Source of the DNA: Epithemia pelagica
Lineage: Eukaryota > Protista > Bacillariophyta
Length of the DNA: 64,000 nt
Direction: 5' to 3'
Assembly (NCBI GenBank): GCA_946965045.2
Contig: OX337235.1
Location: 558,001 to 622,000 of the forward strand
Below, in pieces: positions 22,186 to 35,100 of this stretch (position 1 is the stretch's first letter; the number at the start of each line of letters is the position of its first letter). Below the pieces are notes generated by a model. That model was not told where the DNA came from. It saw only the letters and a program-made list of their open reading frames with translations, and searched no databases. The translations under genes were made by a program, and so were the position numbers.

Positions 22186-23461
22186 GGTTCGCTTCTCCTT
22201 GCCAACGCTTGCTTGCTGTTCGACCTCCATTTATATTGATCCTTTCGTCATGCTATGATATACAGACGTAGATAGATGCAACGATTGATTCTTTCTTGGT
22301 CTAAATATCGACGACCAAGATATCTTGCGCATCGACATAGATGGCATAGACTTTTTCGTTGTCGTAGTAGGGGCAAGGCCGGGTGTATCCCCAATGCCGG
22401 GGGGCAATAGTGTAGATGAACGAAAAGAAACTGCTTGGTCCAACTCAGTCGCGGCGAGATCGTGATTTTACTTTGTCCGTTGAACTGTCGGTCGACTCGA
22501 GTATTGCCCCAAGAATAAAACTTGGCAGCGATATAGTTGTGGTTGTTCGGGCCCAATGCCTTCGGACATTCTGGCAGTACTCTTTGTTGGACAGAAAACA
22601 AAGTTCCGTCTTTCTCTTTTTGTGGCAGCAAGAATTGCACCCAACGATGCCGGTGAGTGGTGATGTATTCGCAGTACGAGAACAGACACTCGCAGAGGGT
22701 GTATGCGCAAGACGTGGAGACGGAGTTGAATAAAACACAACTAGACAACAACGACTTTCTTCTTTCTATATATGGATGGGGATCGACTTGGTGTCGCTGT
22801 TTGTTCTTTACTACTATAGAGCTAGACCCTGTCTCCAATCCGCATCTCTCGAGTGTATATCGAGAGGGACATTTTTGGTTGAGAGAAACACAGAATCACC
22901 GCCAAAAAGAGGCACGCTCCATCATCACAACTGCATACGAAACCAATTCTCGAAACTTGTGTGGGTGGGTTGTGAGAGTCCATTGAAACCCGGTTGTGGA
23001 CCTCTTCTCTCTTTTTTGGTGGACCAAAAGACAGCGAGCCAGTCGAGATCCACATAAAAAAGGGAGTATACACTCCGACCAATTTACCCAACCACAATTC
23101 ACCCCCTTTGGCATCATCACTTTCGGTGCAACGCGAACGACAAACGACGTGAGCGAGGAAGAGAGATTCGTGTATACAGTGTGTGGTGCTGTCCGCCGTT
23201 GTGTGTGATCTCGCTCCTGCACCTCTCCAACACTGGAAACACAACCACAGCACAGTGTGTCGAGTAATAGTTTCCTGCCTCTCTCCACGACAGCAACCTC
23301 CCAAAAAGGAACAACGTCTCTACGTTTCGGAGTGAGAAACGGGAATTTGGGTCCGCAGAGTGCAGTTTGTGATCTTGATTGGAGTGCGCGGTTGGATAAT
23401 TCAATAAAACGACACACTTTCCAAACACCCTGCCAACAATATAAAAAGTCCTCGGATCATC

Positions 23462-25267
23462 ATGACAGCCAGTGGAGCACCGTCGTCGTCCACCAACTCC
23501 TGGTTGGGATTGACCGAAGAAGAGACTCCTACGACCAATAATACGTCGGGGGCCCGTTGGTCCGGGTTGGAAACGCAGGGCATGAAGGATGCCCGCTGTT
23601 CCCTCTTGTTGCAAGAAGAAACTACCTACGATGCCCGGTGCAAGGTGTTGCCCCGACAACGCGTCTTGGTCTGTCAAGACAAGGGCTTTTATCATCATCC
23701 TTCCAATCCTACCGCCGCAAGTGTTCATCCATCCTCATCGTCGTCGTCCTCGCCCTTGCCGTCGACGCCCATTTCCTCCTCCTTTTCGTCGTCCAGCAGT
23801 TCCTTTTCTGCGGCCGCCGACGAATCCAATTTTTATGTCGATTTTGCCGGCACGACCATTTTGCAATTGGAACCCGTCGCCGCACCGCCGGCGTCGTCGT
23901 CGCAGTCGTCGTCGTCGCAGTCATCGCAGCAGCAACATCACAAGACCATGCCCGTCACCTTGACGGTCGGTGGTCGGTGTACCTTTACAGCGGAAAATTA
24001 TCACGATTTTCGTGTCATGATGCGAACCAAGGATCAATCGCGCGACATGGACTTGGCCCCGAATGGCAATTTTGAATGGCCCGATGTCCAATCCTTGCTG
24101 CTCTGTCCCTGTTGTGGTCGACAGGGACCCGTGCCGCAACCCGGATCGCCGAAACGCTACGAATATTGGATGGTCTTTTATCCCCTCTTGCAAATTACCT
24201 TGGTCCAGGGATCGCAACTGACCTTGGGCACGCGCACCATTTGTCGATTGACCTGTTTGGATTGTATGGAAGACTTGTTGGATGGCTTGACGCTCCGCGT
24301 TCAACCCGGTGGGGGCAATGATTGGAATACTGGGGAACGACGCACCCGATTGGCCTTTACCCTGCCGGCCGCCGATGTCTTGGCCGAAGCCGGATCGGCC
24401 TCCTTTTTGGAAAATGCGCCACCCCGACCCGACACGACTAGTGGAGGGCCCACACTGTCATCAACCACCAATGCATCGTCGTCGTCCTTGTCGTTACTGA
24501 CCAATCCATTGAATGGCACTCCTGGCACGACCACGGGTGGAACAAGCAGCAACCCAAGTACCACTCCAACGACGCCCTTTTGGATGGACGAACTCATGGA
24601 TGCTTGGACCTTGTACAATTTGTGGGAACATACCGGAGCGTGGGAAGCGTTGCAAAATGATTATCGACTCGTGCTCAGCAAAAGTATGCATCCCGAACCG
24701 CCACCAACTTCCGCACCCATGGAAGGACGACGACGGGGCAACGATGGCGGCGGTACGGCGTCCCACAATCCCTATGCTCGAACGGGCGTTTCGTCCGCGT
24801 CGTCCTTGGTGAGTCATTCCTCCTCCTGTGTCGTGGTACCCAATGGTACTGGTAATGCTACGAATAACAAGGACGATGCGCGATGGCGGGAACGAGTGGG
24901 CAAACCCTGTGGCAATCCGGCCTGTGGCAAGATTCATGGCGATCCCGATCCAGACAATAGCAATTGTTTGGTCCGCTTGACCATCAAGTGTCGCGATTGT
25001 TGGAGTGAATATTATTGCAGTCGAGCCTGTCGTGAAGCCCATCGGATTCCCCATCAACAAACCGATTGTTTGCTCAAACAACAAGAACGGGAAGAACGAC
25101 GGGAAAAAAAGGCCAAGCGCGTCGTCCAATGCGATACCTGTGCCAAAAAGTTTCCCTACACCAAAATGAAAAAATGCAGTCGGTGTCGACGCGCCACCTA
25201 TTGCAGTGTCGAATGTCAAAAGGGAGATTGGGACAAGCATCGACTCGTTTGCAAAAAAGCCATGTAA
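23462..25267 (+). CDS. 601-aa protein with two C-terminal MYND-type zinc fingers
   Basis: CGNPAC...KCRDCWSEYYCSRACREAHRIPHQQTDC and CDTC...KKCSRCRRATYCSVECQKGDWDKHRLVC match the MYND Cys/His spacing. N-terminal CPCC and CLDC pairs; Ser/Thr-rich linkers. Confidence 0.85.
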   Translation: MTASGAPSSSTNSWLGLTEEETPTTNNTSGARWSGLETQGMKDARCSLLLQEETTYDARCKVLPRQRVLVCQDKGFYHHPSNPTAASVHPSSSSSSSPLPSTPISSSFSSSSSSFSAAADESNFYVDFAGTTILQLEPVAAPPASSSQSSSSQSSQQQHHKTMPVTLTVGGRCTFTAENYHDFRVMMRTKDQSRDMDLAPNGNFEWPDVQSLLLCPCCGRQGPVPQPGSPKRYEYWMVFYPLLQITLVQGSQLTLGTRTICRLTCLDCMEDLLDGLTLRVQPGGGNDWNTGERRTRLAFTLPAADVLAEAGSASFLENAPPRPDTTSGGPTLSSTTNASSSSLSLLTNPLNGTPGTTTGGTSSNPSTTPTTPFWMDELMDAWTLYNLWEHTGAWEALQNDYRLVLSKSMHPEPPPTSAPMEGRRRGNDGGGTASHNPYARTGVSSASSLVSHSSSCVVVPNGTGNATNNKDDARWRERVGKPCGNPACGKIHGDPDPDNSNCLVRLTIKCRDCWSEYYCSRACREAHRIPHQQTDCLLKQQEREERREKKAKRVVQCDTCAKKFPYTKMKKCSRCRRATYCSVECQKGDWDKHRLVCKKAM

Positions 25268-28200
25268 CAAAAGAGTATAGGAAAAACGTCCGAACCGTGC
25301 TGCGACTCCAAGAACGAGGACAAGACAAATGGAAGCAGGACGACAAGCTGGACCCCCGACACACCGCACGAACAACGATGCAATGACACAATGGCACACG
25401 TGTCCATGAGGGTCTTCGATTTTATAATTTGTGGACAAGAAACGCAAAGCATCCGGTGAATAGGCCCCGGCAGAGCGAGACACTGGTACATTACCTCAAG
25501 GAGAGAGAGAGTTCCAAGTCGGATCTTTCATAGATGATTGGTTGGACGTTGACGGTTCCACCGTACTACCTTACAACAAACAGTGGTCCAGCAGAAAAGA
25601 TGTGGGTTTTCTCTTGCTATTCTTTTAGATGCAAAACAATCTCCACGCTTTGGGCCAACGCGTCGCACGAGGAACTGGGAGTAGTATATATATACCCTGT
25701 GATGCTCTCTCTCTATACTGTTAAAGAGTTCCTTGTTGTGACACAAAATATGTGTATGTTCCTGTTTGAACTACCTATGCTTTTCAGTAGCAAGAGACTT
25801 GGAAGATGCCTCTAGTTAGTCCGGGTACTATAGAGAAGCATGGGAAAACGAAATACTCCACCGACCAAGGACGGTACGCGAGAAATGTATACGACTTCTA
25901 CGAAACCGACGCCCTACTAACAAAGAGTTCCTTTTGGATCTCTAAATCTTGGAATGGTGGCTCTCTCGAATGGCTCCGCAACCAGGTCAATTGAGTGTGC
26001 GAATTGCGAATGCATTCGTCTCTTTGTACAGAGAAAGATACCGCCTATGGTAATGGGTTCGTCTTGATGGCATTCGATATCGTCTACCTCTAGAACCAGG
26101 ATGAGGTTCATAATAGACAGAAGGGATGGACAAAGAATCTTAGAAGGAGGGTCCGTTTTTTGGTTGCCTATCATATGTAGAGGCCTATTTATCTCTCTCT
26201 CTATGGGATGCTAAAAACTCTGCTCCTCCGCCCCGCCTCTCGCCCGGTGCCCTTCGCCCACATGTGGGTCGCCCATACACATTCCGCCCCACCACCTGCT
26301 GGGAGATCTTTTTTAGAGATCGAGCCTCTCATTTCTCATTTCATCTGCATCATACAATTACCGATGGCATGGATCAGTGTTCCGCAAAGGAATGCGAGTG
26401 GAGAGAGGCCAAAACGGAAGTATCGCGTTGAAAGGCAGGCGTTGGCAGTTGGCATTGAGAAGATTTGTTTGGAGCGTCATGGAGCAGGCACTACGCCTGT
26501 ACGGAGCGGAACAAGAGAAGGAGTGAGGTTGTCCCGACCCAAAATGCCATATTCCCTGAAGGCATCCACGAGAAGGAAGATCTTTTTTATCCGCACTTGG
26601 ATGGCAAATTTGTTGGGGGTCTTCACCTGCGTTCCAGAACGTATGGTTCGAGGATGGATCGGACAAAAGCAGGAGAGGAGGAAATTGGAATCATGGTGGA
26701 ACCAGAGAAACGTCGGACGTACGTGGTGGAAGAGAAGTAGTGGCGTCGAATAATTGTCCTATGGATTCAAGGACACAATCCACCAGACACATCCACAAGA
26801 CTTGAGAGAAAAAGGACACGATTGCATGGTGGGAGTACTGGTCCGGAATGGGACTGTGTGGGAGTGCATCGAACGCACATTTCCGTTGGAACAAGGACAT
26901 GCAACAACAATAACAACAATCACGAGGAAGAGGAACGCGTTGTTCCTTGTTGCCTGCCGAGAAACACTGTGGAGTTCGGGCAACAAACATCATGACTGTC
27001 TCTTTCGAAAGTAGAGGACTCGTTCGGAGTGGTATTGGTTTCGTTGAAGGAGCTCAAGGATCCTTGAACTCCTCCAACGAAACTAAGACCAGTCCGAACC
27101 AGTCCGAACCAGTCATTCGGAAGAAAACTGACAAATGGTTATAATATTCTGCGTCACGATCTTTTGGATGAAACGGGTGAAAGGGACACACGGATTCAGT
27201 CCATTCTTCCTGCAAGCCCGGGCAACCGCTCCAAACGGCCACTACGACGTTTTGTATGAACGAGTCCCAAAAGTCGTATTGGCCATTTGTTTCGTTTCCC
27301 CGAGCTTCCAGCATAAGAATGGGTTGTGCCCATTGCGCCATTGCAAAAGTCGATCAAGTCGGGTGCCGAGAGGCTCATCAGGAAGTCGCCAAGTCCATGG
27401 AGGCTAATAGTAAGACGTCTCGAAAGCGCTCGTGGTGTCATTGGCGATTGCCATCCCTCCATCCAGCCTATCACAAGACGATAAAACCGCAACGAAGAAG
27501 GAGAAAGGCTTTGGGTAAGGGCTGGGTCATCGATTTGACTGTACGTCTTCCAAATGCTAAGGGGGCGTATAGGGTTAAGGATTTCATCACAGACACGGTG
27601 ATTTCCCTCACATTTTCTTCCGCAATGACCATGGTGGTCTTCCGTTGTTGATTGTGAGCCCCGTAGTCAAAAGTAACTGCACAAAATATAGTAGAGAGCA
27701 AGATTAGTCTCTTAGGAACACATTGATGCCATTTAGTGCAGTTACTTTTTCGAAATGAGCTCAGGAATTGACATTTTCAATGCCATCACGAAAACTCTAT
27801 GACGTAAAAGTGGTCATTCCCCTCTTCTTGACTATTGAGTGTCTTCCACAGCATGGCTAGCGCATGGTCGAAACACCTTATTGTTCACAAGGACTCGAGA
27901 TATGTAGGGAACGAGAATAGACCCAATGAAAGACTTCGACCACGAACACACCTACTAGCACAACACAGTAGACGAAATGCTGGTTCTATGATGCTGCCTG
28001 ACCGAAATAAAAAGTGTAGACCTACAACATTTGCTTTGTAGCTACAATACCGCAGTCAGCCTCAGCACCACAACCAGCTATATTGCAGGAGCGCCAACTG
28101 AAGCACTATGTCGGCAAAAGCAATAGACTCCAAACATTGACTTTGGAGACATTTCCTGCATTGCAGGGTTCGGTTAAAACCAAAGGCATGAGGCCCAAAG

Positions 28201-29197
28201 AATACAAGGCCACATTCAGGGCCGTAGTAGTATTCGTGCAGGACTACGATCGAGCCTTGGCATTGTGGTGGTTGGATTTGCTGCTGCTCCGACAACGACA
28301 ACTCTTCGGCAGCATTCCACAAATGGCGGCAATGTGGACCGTTGGGCAGCATCGTCGGCCGTTGAGGACATGAACGATGACATGTTGTTGCGTTTGGTGT
28401 TCGGCTACTAGCAGTCGTCCTGGAGAAATATCTCGTGTACGTCCCTGCGTAAAAGAGGGATCGAATTAGATGCAAGTTATACAAAGAAAATAGAATACAA
28501 TGTAGGACATGACTTTGCTGCTTACCATTGCTCCAGACAAGCAAAAATGGCCTCTGTTTCGTCGTTTGCTCGTTGATTGTTGTGTGCCAACGTGCCAAAC
28601 AGAGCTGTTTTTGAGTGGTAAGCTATCTAAAGCTGCACTTCCCCCTGCACACCCACCACTCCACATCGCTTTTAATACTACTAAAGAATAACAGGAAGCA
28701 TTATCAGGGTGTGAGAGAGCGAAATAGACAAATAGCGACGTAAATGGTGCAGCACAAGCAAAATGGTAAAAAAACACAGAGCATCTCAGATGAACGACTT
28801 CATCTCTACCGCCCCTTCGATTTTTCGCACGAAACTCACACGACCTGTCTGCTGTCTGGATATGATGAACGGCGGCATCAAATGCGGAGCGTCATGGTGA
28901 GGTGGTGATTTTAAAATTTATAACTTTAACCCTAGTGAAACAGGATGGGGTCGTGTTCAAGTCGCTTCTCCTGAAGTGTGCGCGCGCAGGCACGCCTCCT
29001 TCACGCATGACCGGGCAGCGAGACGACTCTTTTTTTCTCGCCTTTCACTCCAAATCCCGAGGTATCTTTTTCTCGCCATACAGCCAAAAAAAAACACGGA
29101 ATCGCTAGTTCAGTTGTTGGGCCAACGCAAGCCAAAGACGATTGATTGAGAAACCAAAAGCACCTGTTGAACCATTACATCAGTGGTGGTGTGGTGT

Positions 29198-32100
29198 ATG
29201 AAATCGTTCCTGGATAAGGAGGCGTCGACTGTCCCAATCGCGGAGAACGGGCCAAAGATGCTGCCCAACTCCAAAGATGCTGCCAACGACACAAAGAAGG
29301 AGGAAGATCCAAGTTTGCACCAAAACCCGACCTCAATTCCTTACAAAAGCATGGAACCCAAGGACAAGACAACATCATCATCTGATCCAACTGTTAAGGT
29401 AACTCCCAAGATTGCCAAGGAATGGGCGGTCGTCCAAACGCAAGAAGACAAAATGAGTGACGAGGAATTCCTCGATGTGCTGTCCGACTTTGATGAAGAG
29501 CCTGAAACGGAAGACTCCAACTCGACCTCACGGTTTCTGGATGCCAAGCAGGACGAGAACCAAGACAGTACCAACAAAACAGATTCCAGAATCCAGACAA
29601 GGTCCGAAGACAACAAGGGTAGAGAGGCTCCCCCGATGGATTCGGAAATGGTTCATAGGGTTGTAGTGGACTTGACGAAGGCCGAGAATCGCTCCAACGT
29701 CCCTCAAGACCCTCCAGGGCATGGTTCAAAGACCACCTCGAAGCTTCTCGAGAGAACCAAAGAGTGAGAAGCCATCCCAAGCAAAGTGTCAGAAGCAAAC
29801 AACGAGAACCGTGGGACTGTTGTGACAGCAGGAACTGCTCGCTCGCAAGGCAAGGAGGGCAATGCACGTGTGCTACAAGAGGATGGTTCCCACCGGGTGC
29901 GGCTTTGGAACAATAAGGATTCGACGGAGGACAGTACTACACGCAAACGTTCTTGTACAGAACTGCAAACAACGCAAAAAGACGAATCCAGCAAGAACCC
30001 TCCTCGAGAAACCAGTGTATCCTTGCAGCAGGCAAAACCGATTCAACGAGAAGCAGGGGCTACGACTGTGTCGTTGAGTGAACAACAAGGCACCTTGTCT
30101 GACGTCAACAACAACAAGACTGTTATTCAAAATGGGTCGGATGAGGAGGATGGCAACCGGAAGCGGGCCAGAGTACAGCTTGAGGTGGATGTTTATGAAG
30201 CTATAACCCACAAGCCCGAGAATGAGCATCCTCATTCTACTGTAGAAGGAGAGGACGACCACGAATCGTACGATGCATGGTCGGAGAGCGATGCCGGGTC
30301 GGTCAGCATGCTGATAGAAGATGCAGTTACCAACAATGGTCCTCCTCAGCGCAAGTTGGACATGAAGTGTTTGCAGGAATGTATCAAGAATGGCGAGGCA
30401 GCTCTGGAGCAAGTGAATGGTATGGATGTCGTTCTCATCATGGGCAAGACAGGTGCTGGAAAGACTACGTTGATTAACGGAATTGCCCGAAAGGAATTGA
30501 AAGAAACAGTCATCCAAGAGACAAGTACCGGAGTAACAGTGGAGAAAAATGTTTTTATGGCCACGCAGGAGCTTCCCGGCTTTGAGATTGGACATGCCAA
30601 ACAGTCCATGACCAAATGCCTTCGATGCTTTGCCCCAGAACTTGAAGTTTCGTCGTCCAAGAAGAAGAGTAGAGTTGTATACGTCGACTCTCCCGGGTTT
30701 GAAGACACGGATGGCCCCGAAGTCGACATTGCCACATCGGTGATGATCAATCAAGTGGTCAAACGATCCAAAAGTCTTCGATTTGTCATTTTGATCAATT
30801 ACGCCTCATTGCTCGAAGACCGCGGAGGTTCGATGCGGGCGGTCCTCAAGCTCATTCATGTGTTTGTTGATGATTTCAAGGCCCACAAGACGAGTTTCAC
30901 GTTTCTTTTTACGCATATAAATGAGATCAAGGATGTCTCAGAAGACCTGGCTGGTGCACGAGAATGTCTCTTAAAGGAGTTGATTCGAACCAGAATGGGT
31001 ACCAATGCATCCGACACAGATGTCGTGCAAATTCTTGACCACATGATCGACTACCTAATGAAGCGCAAACATGATCCCAAAAAAACTAAATACCAAATTG
31101 TGGACATTTTGCATCCCATTCAGTCAGATTTTGCAAATTTGAAGACGATCGTTGAAGAAAGCAAGCCAGTAACAAAGAAGTTTGTCGCAGGAAACTGTGG
31201 TCTCTCACCTCAGCTGAAACTGAAACTCGGCGCTGGTCTGGAGAGTATGTTGCAGCATCTGCGTGTTCTGTTGAACAATGATTCATCGCTTGCAGAGGCC
31301 AAGGAGGCCAAGGAGGTTTGTGATTATATGCTTTATTTAATGCGCTTTATGGACATTGAAGTGGTCCGTAGCAACGTCACAGCCTGTTCTTCCCTGGCTC
31401 AAAAGTACGCAAAACACTTGTGTGATGTCGTGGAAACGGAAACGCGACGAGGCACGTCGGTACAAGTCAAGTTTGGCCGCTCTAATGTGGAATCGCTCAA
31501 GAATGCTCTGGGACAAGTGGAACTGTTGGACAGCTTTTGCGAAGAAGGAAAACGTTTCAAGGAGGTCAATGCTTTTGTAGACTGTAAAGTTCGAGATTTT
31601 CATCAAGAGGCCATGTGTGGATTTGGGTGCGACAACTTGCACATTGTGCTTGCTCATTTACGTTGCTGGGCTGACGGCTTTGGACAGTTTCAGACTCTCT
31701 ACCAGAGTGCCCATAGCCATTTCGTCCAGCTGCTCGAAGGAGGGTGCAAATACATTAGTGGCTTCGACCTGGATGGATTTGCTTCTGTATCACAAGACAG
31801 TTTGGAGACCTTTGTGGAAACGCTCCGCGATATCGAGCTCGTGTGCAAACTTGTGGGCCATGCTGCGGAACATGAGATTGACGTTACCGTGCCGCGTCGG
31901 GTCGTTGTCAAGGTGAGGCAAGCAATGTTAAAGGCAGTCCAAACAAAGGCGTCACTTCCAACAAGTGTATGCCCAGAACAACTGGCGGACGTAGCTCGAG
32001 TTGCACGGTCCTTAGAATTGTTTCAGGAGTTGGCGAAACGCCACCTCGTCTTTCCGTCGTTTGATGAAGCATTATCAAGCCACATCCGTAAATTGGGTCA

Positions 32101-35100
32101 AGAGGTGACCACGTGCTTCTCGGAAATATATGAGAAAGCCGAAACGGCAAGTCAGAATTTTGATTCAGGTTGGAATCAAGCTCTCACTAAACTTCAGTAT
32201 CAGGTTGGTTGCTTTGATGGTCTTCAATCGCCTTGCTGGGGTCCTGTAAGGGCTGGATTTGCTTCCATCATACGCAAGCTTGAATCTGTTTTGGAAGAAC
32301 GGATGCGTATTGTCGAAGTTAGAGCGAAAGATGTTTTACAGCATGGGTTTCGAGACGGGGCCGAAGAGAGAATCGCGATCGATCATCTGGCTGGGTTTGA
32401 GTGGTTTGACGAATTCCTACATGCCGACCACAAATTTGTGGCTCTTTCACTGAGGGGAATTCAGAAAAGCTACCAGGAGAGAATTGACTTTGTTTTGCAA
32501 GAGATCAAAAAGTACATTTCAGACCTACTTAGCGATAACCGAGAACGACATTCCAAGCTATGTTTGCAAGATTATGTAAGGGAAATTCATGAGATTGGGA
32601 TTTTTGATACTGGTGTTGCCCCCATGGTATCTGAAGCATTTTCCAGACTACAACAGCACATCCAATTGAAAGAAAAACAGGCTGATGAGCTTTTGATAGC
32701 CTGGGGGAAAGCGGTTTCGGAATGGAAGAAGCATCTTAACAAACCCGTCGTTGACGATACCAAAATGGATGATGAACCTCAACAGAAACTTTATGAAGCG
32801 GGAAGGCAAGTTGATGATATTTTGGGCAAGATGGAAATGCTTGCTGACATGCATCAATGCTCAACAGATGGTACGCTGAGTAAGCTTACAGCGAATATTC
32901 GTCAATGCTTTCATCAATTTGAGGAGGATAGTCAAGAGATAGTCAAGTGCCAAGGAAGGTATTTCGCCAAGCACCGTATTATATGTGCTTTGCACGAATT
33001 CGCTAATTTATCTCACATTCCTATCAAGGGAACCGAAACGATGAAAGTTGAAGCAAAAGCTGGAATAAAGCAACATGCAATTTCAATCAAACAAATGATA
33101 TCGGATGGATCAGATCCACCAAAGATCGAAAGAGAGCTAAAAGAGTTGAGAAAGTCTGTATCAATTGACCATTTCACTGGAAACGAAGGTACATCCTGTC
33201 TTCATGTCATTCAAAATATCCAAGAGGAAGAGGGCGAAGAGTTGGAAAGCGAAATACGAAACCTGATTGAACACCGAGAGTACTCACGCGTCATCGATCT
33301 CCTGAAGCCCTACAAAAACTGCCGAACTACTCATACCAACAAGTGTCGTACAATTGTTTCCACAAATTTGCTCCGTATTCTTCATGAATCTTTCTCGGAA
33401 CTCTCGGCTCGTAATATGAGCGGAGATGGTCTCGATACCGTCGCAGAAAACATAGCTGTCCTTAAGCGATTTTTGGACGGGCTTGGAGACTTTACTGTAG
33501 ATTGCAGACTTTCCTTACCGCGAGATATACGAAAACTCAAGACGAAGATCAATTCTTGCCTGTGCTTGATATGCTCAGATATGAAAGAGTCAGCGAAACG
33601 GCCAGACTTTGTCAGCCTCGGTACAGGAAAAATTGCTGTAAAAGCATTCTCGTCATCCAAGATTCATGTCTACATTTCGAAAGCAACTAGATCCCAAATG
33701 AACAATGCATTGGCTGCTTTCAAGGAAGCAGTTGATTCCGTTTCACGTCATCTGGAGAATTTCGTTTCGTCTGGCTTGACAGAAGGCTCTTTGTTAGTTG
33801 GTGATCTAATTAGTTTGCGCGAGGCCCGTGATCACGATTCCCAAACTCTGGAGGAACTCTCGACGATCTATACATCGATACAAAAAGATCTTATCAAGCA
33901 ATTGAACGAGAAGTACAGGACTATATCAATGGCGGTTGAACGCCATATGTGTTTCGAAGAAGCCATAGCGTGGATGAGAGCACTTGGGCGACAGATGGAC
34001 TTTGGTTTGCGCGACCATCTACGAACCAAGGACCTTGTTTTTGACATCAGCGCACAGGTGGATCGTTGGCGTTCGCAGAAGACTGATTACGAGAAGGACT
34101 TGGAGTTTGAAGGAATTGACGCCGACATTAAGCTGGACAAATGGTCTCATTCCCTCGCTAGTTTGGATCCAAAGTCAAAGTGGTGGTTCCCCGGGTTCCT
34201 GCGGTCTGGGCGAGACAGTTCCTATTGGCGCCTTTGTTATACGCTTGAAACCAAGATAGAACGAGTTTTTATGTCTGGAAAAGCGGCACTATTAAGGAAC
34301 AAAGATCTTGAAACGGCACAGGAGAAGATATCAATGTTGGACTTAATCAGCAAGAAGCTGGGTAAGAATGTCTCGAAATCTATTGTAGCTCGAGACGAAT
34401 TGAAGAAAATTGCATTGGATTCGTTTCTTTGCCTTTGCCGTGATGCCCAACATGCATTGGAGGTCGGAGGACTAAGTCATCAGTTCCAGCGGCTCTTCCC
34501 TGACTATCGAAATTTTGTTATCCATGTTCCGGTAGCAATGCTTTCAGATTCCGGAAAGAATGCTTTCTCTTCGACAAATCAAAAAATATACGAAGAACTT
34601 GATAAAAAGATTGCTGAGTTGGAAAGCTTATTAGAGTCATTTGACTTCCGGAAAATTAAGGAATCGGTTGAGCATCTGCGGTCGGATGGGGGCTTCATTG
34701 CAGATAGGTTCACACTGCTGCATGAGGAAGTGGAATGTTCCGAGCATGCGAATGTTGATCGGTGGTTAGAAAAGATTCAGTCCCTTTCCATGGCTCACTT
34801 TTGCCGTGGTCGCCGTCTTGACCAGATAAAGCATTTCGCCGTCCTCGGGTTGCCTCCTTCGGCTTCTCTGACGGACATCATCCAGACAAAGGAAACAATG
34901 GATGGACAACTAAAAAGAAAGGGTGGCTACAAGAATGACAGCGAGTTGAGAGCGAAGTTACGAAAAGTTGAGATTGCTTATTTGGAGTTGACCAAATATG
35001 AGAGCATGGACATTGAGAATGTTGCACAACCTTTTGATGATGTAGTCTCTTCTCTTGGAGATCGCCTGCGAAAGCGAACGAGAGAGTTGCTACAACAACA

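Noticed and set aside
22231-22838. Possible small minus-strand gene (fragments in three frames, e.g. RPCPYYDNEKVYAIYV)
   Set aside because: Several incompatible frame joins are possible, with no recognisable motif or convincing splice sites.
24494-25483. 329-aa minus-strand ORF
   Set aside because: Antisense shadow of the MYND gene, with no domain motifs.
26200-28400. Short protein-like ORF fragments (26465-26740, 27054-27701, 28083-28373)
   Set aside because: May be relic coding sequence, but no family can be recognised and no consistent gene model can be built.
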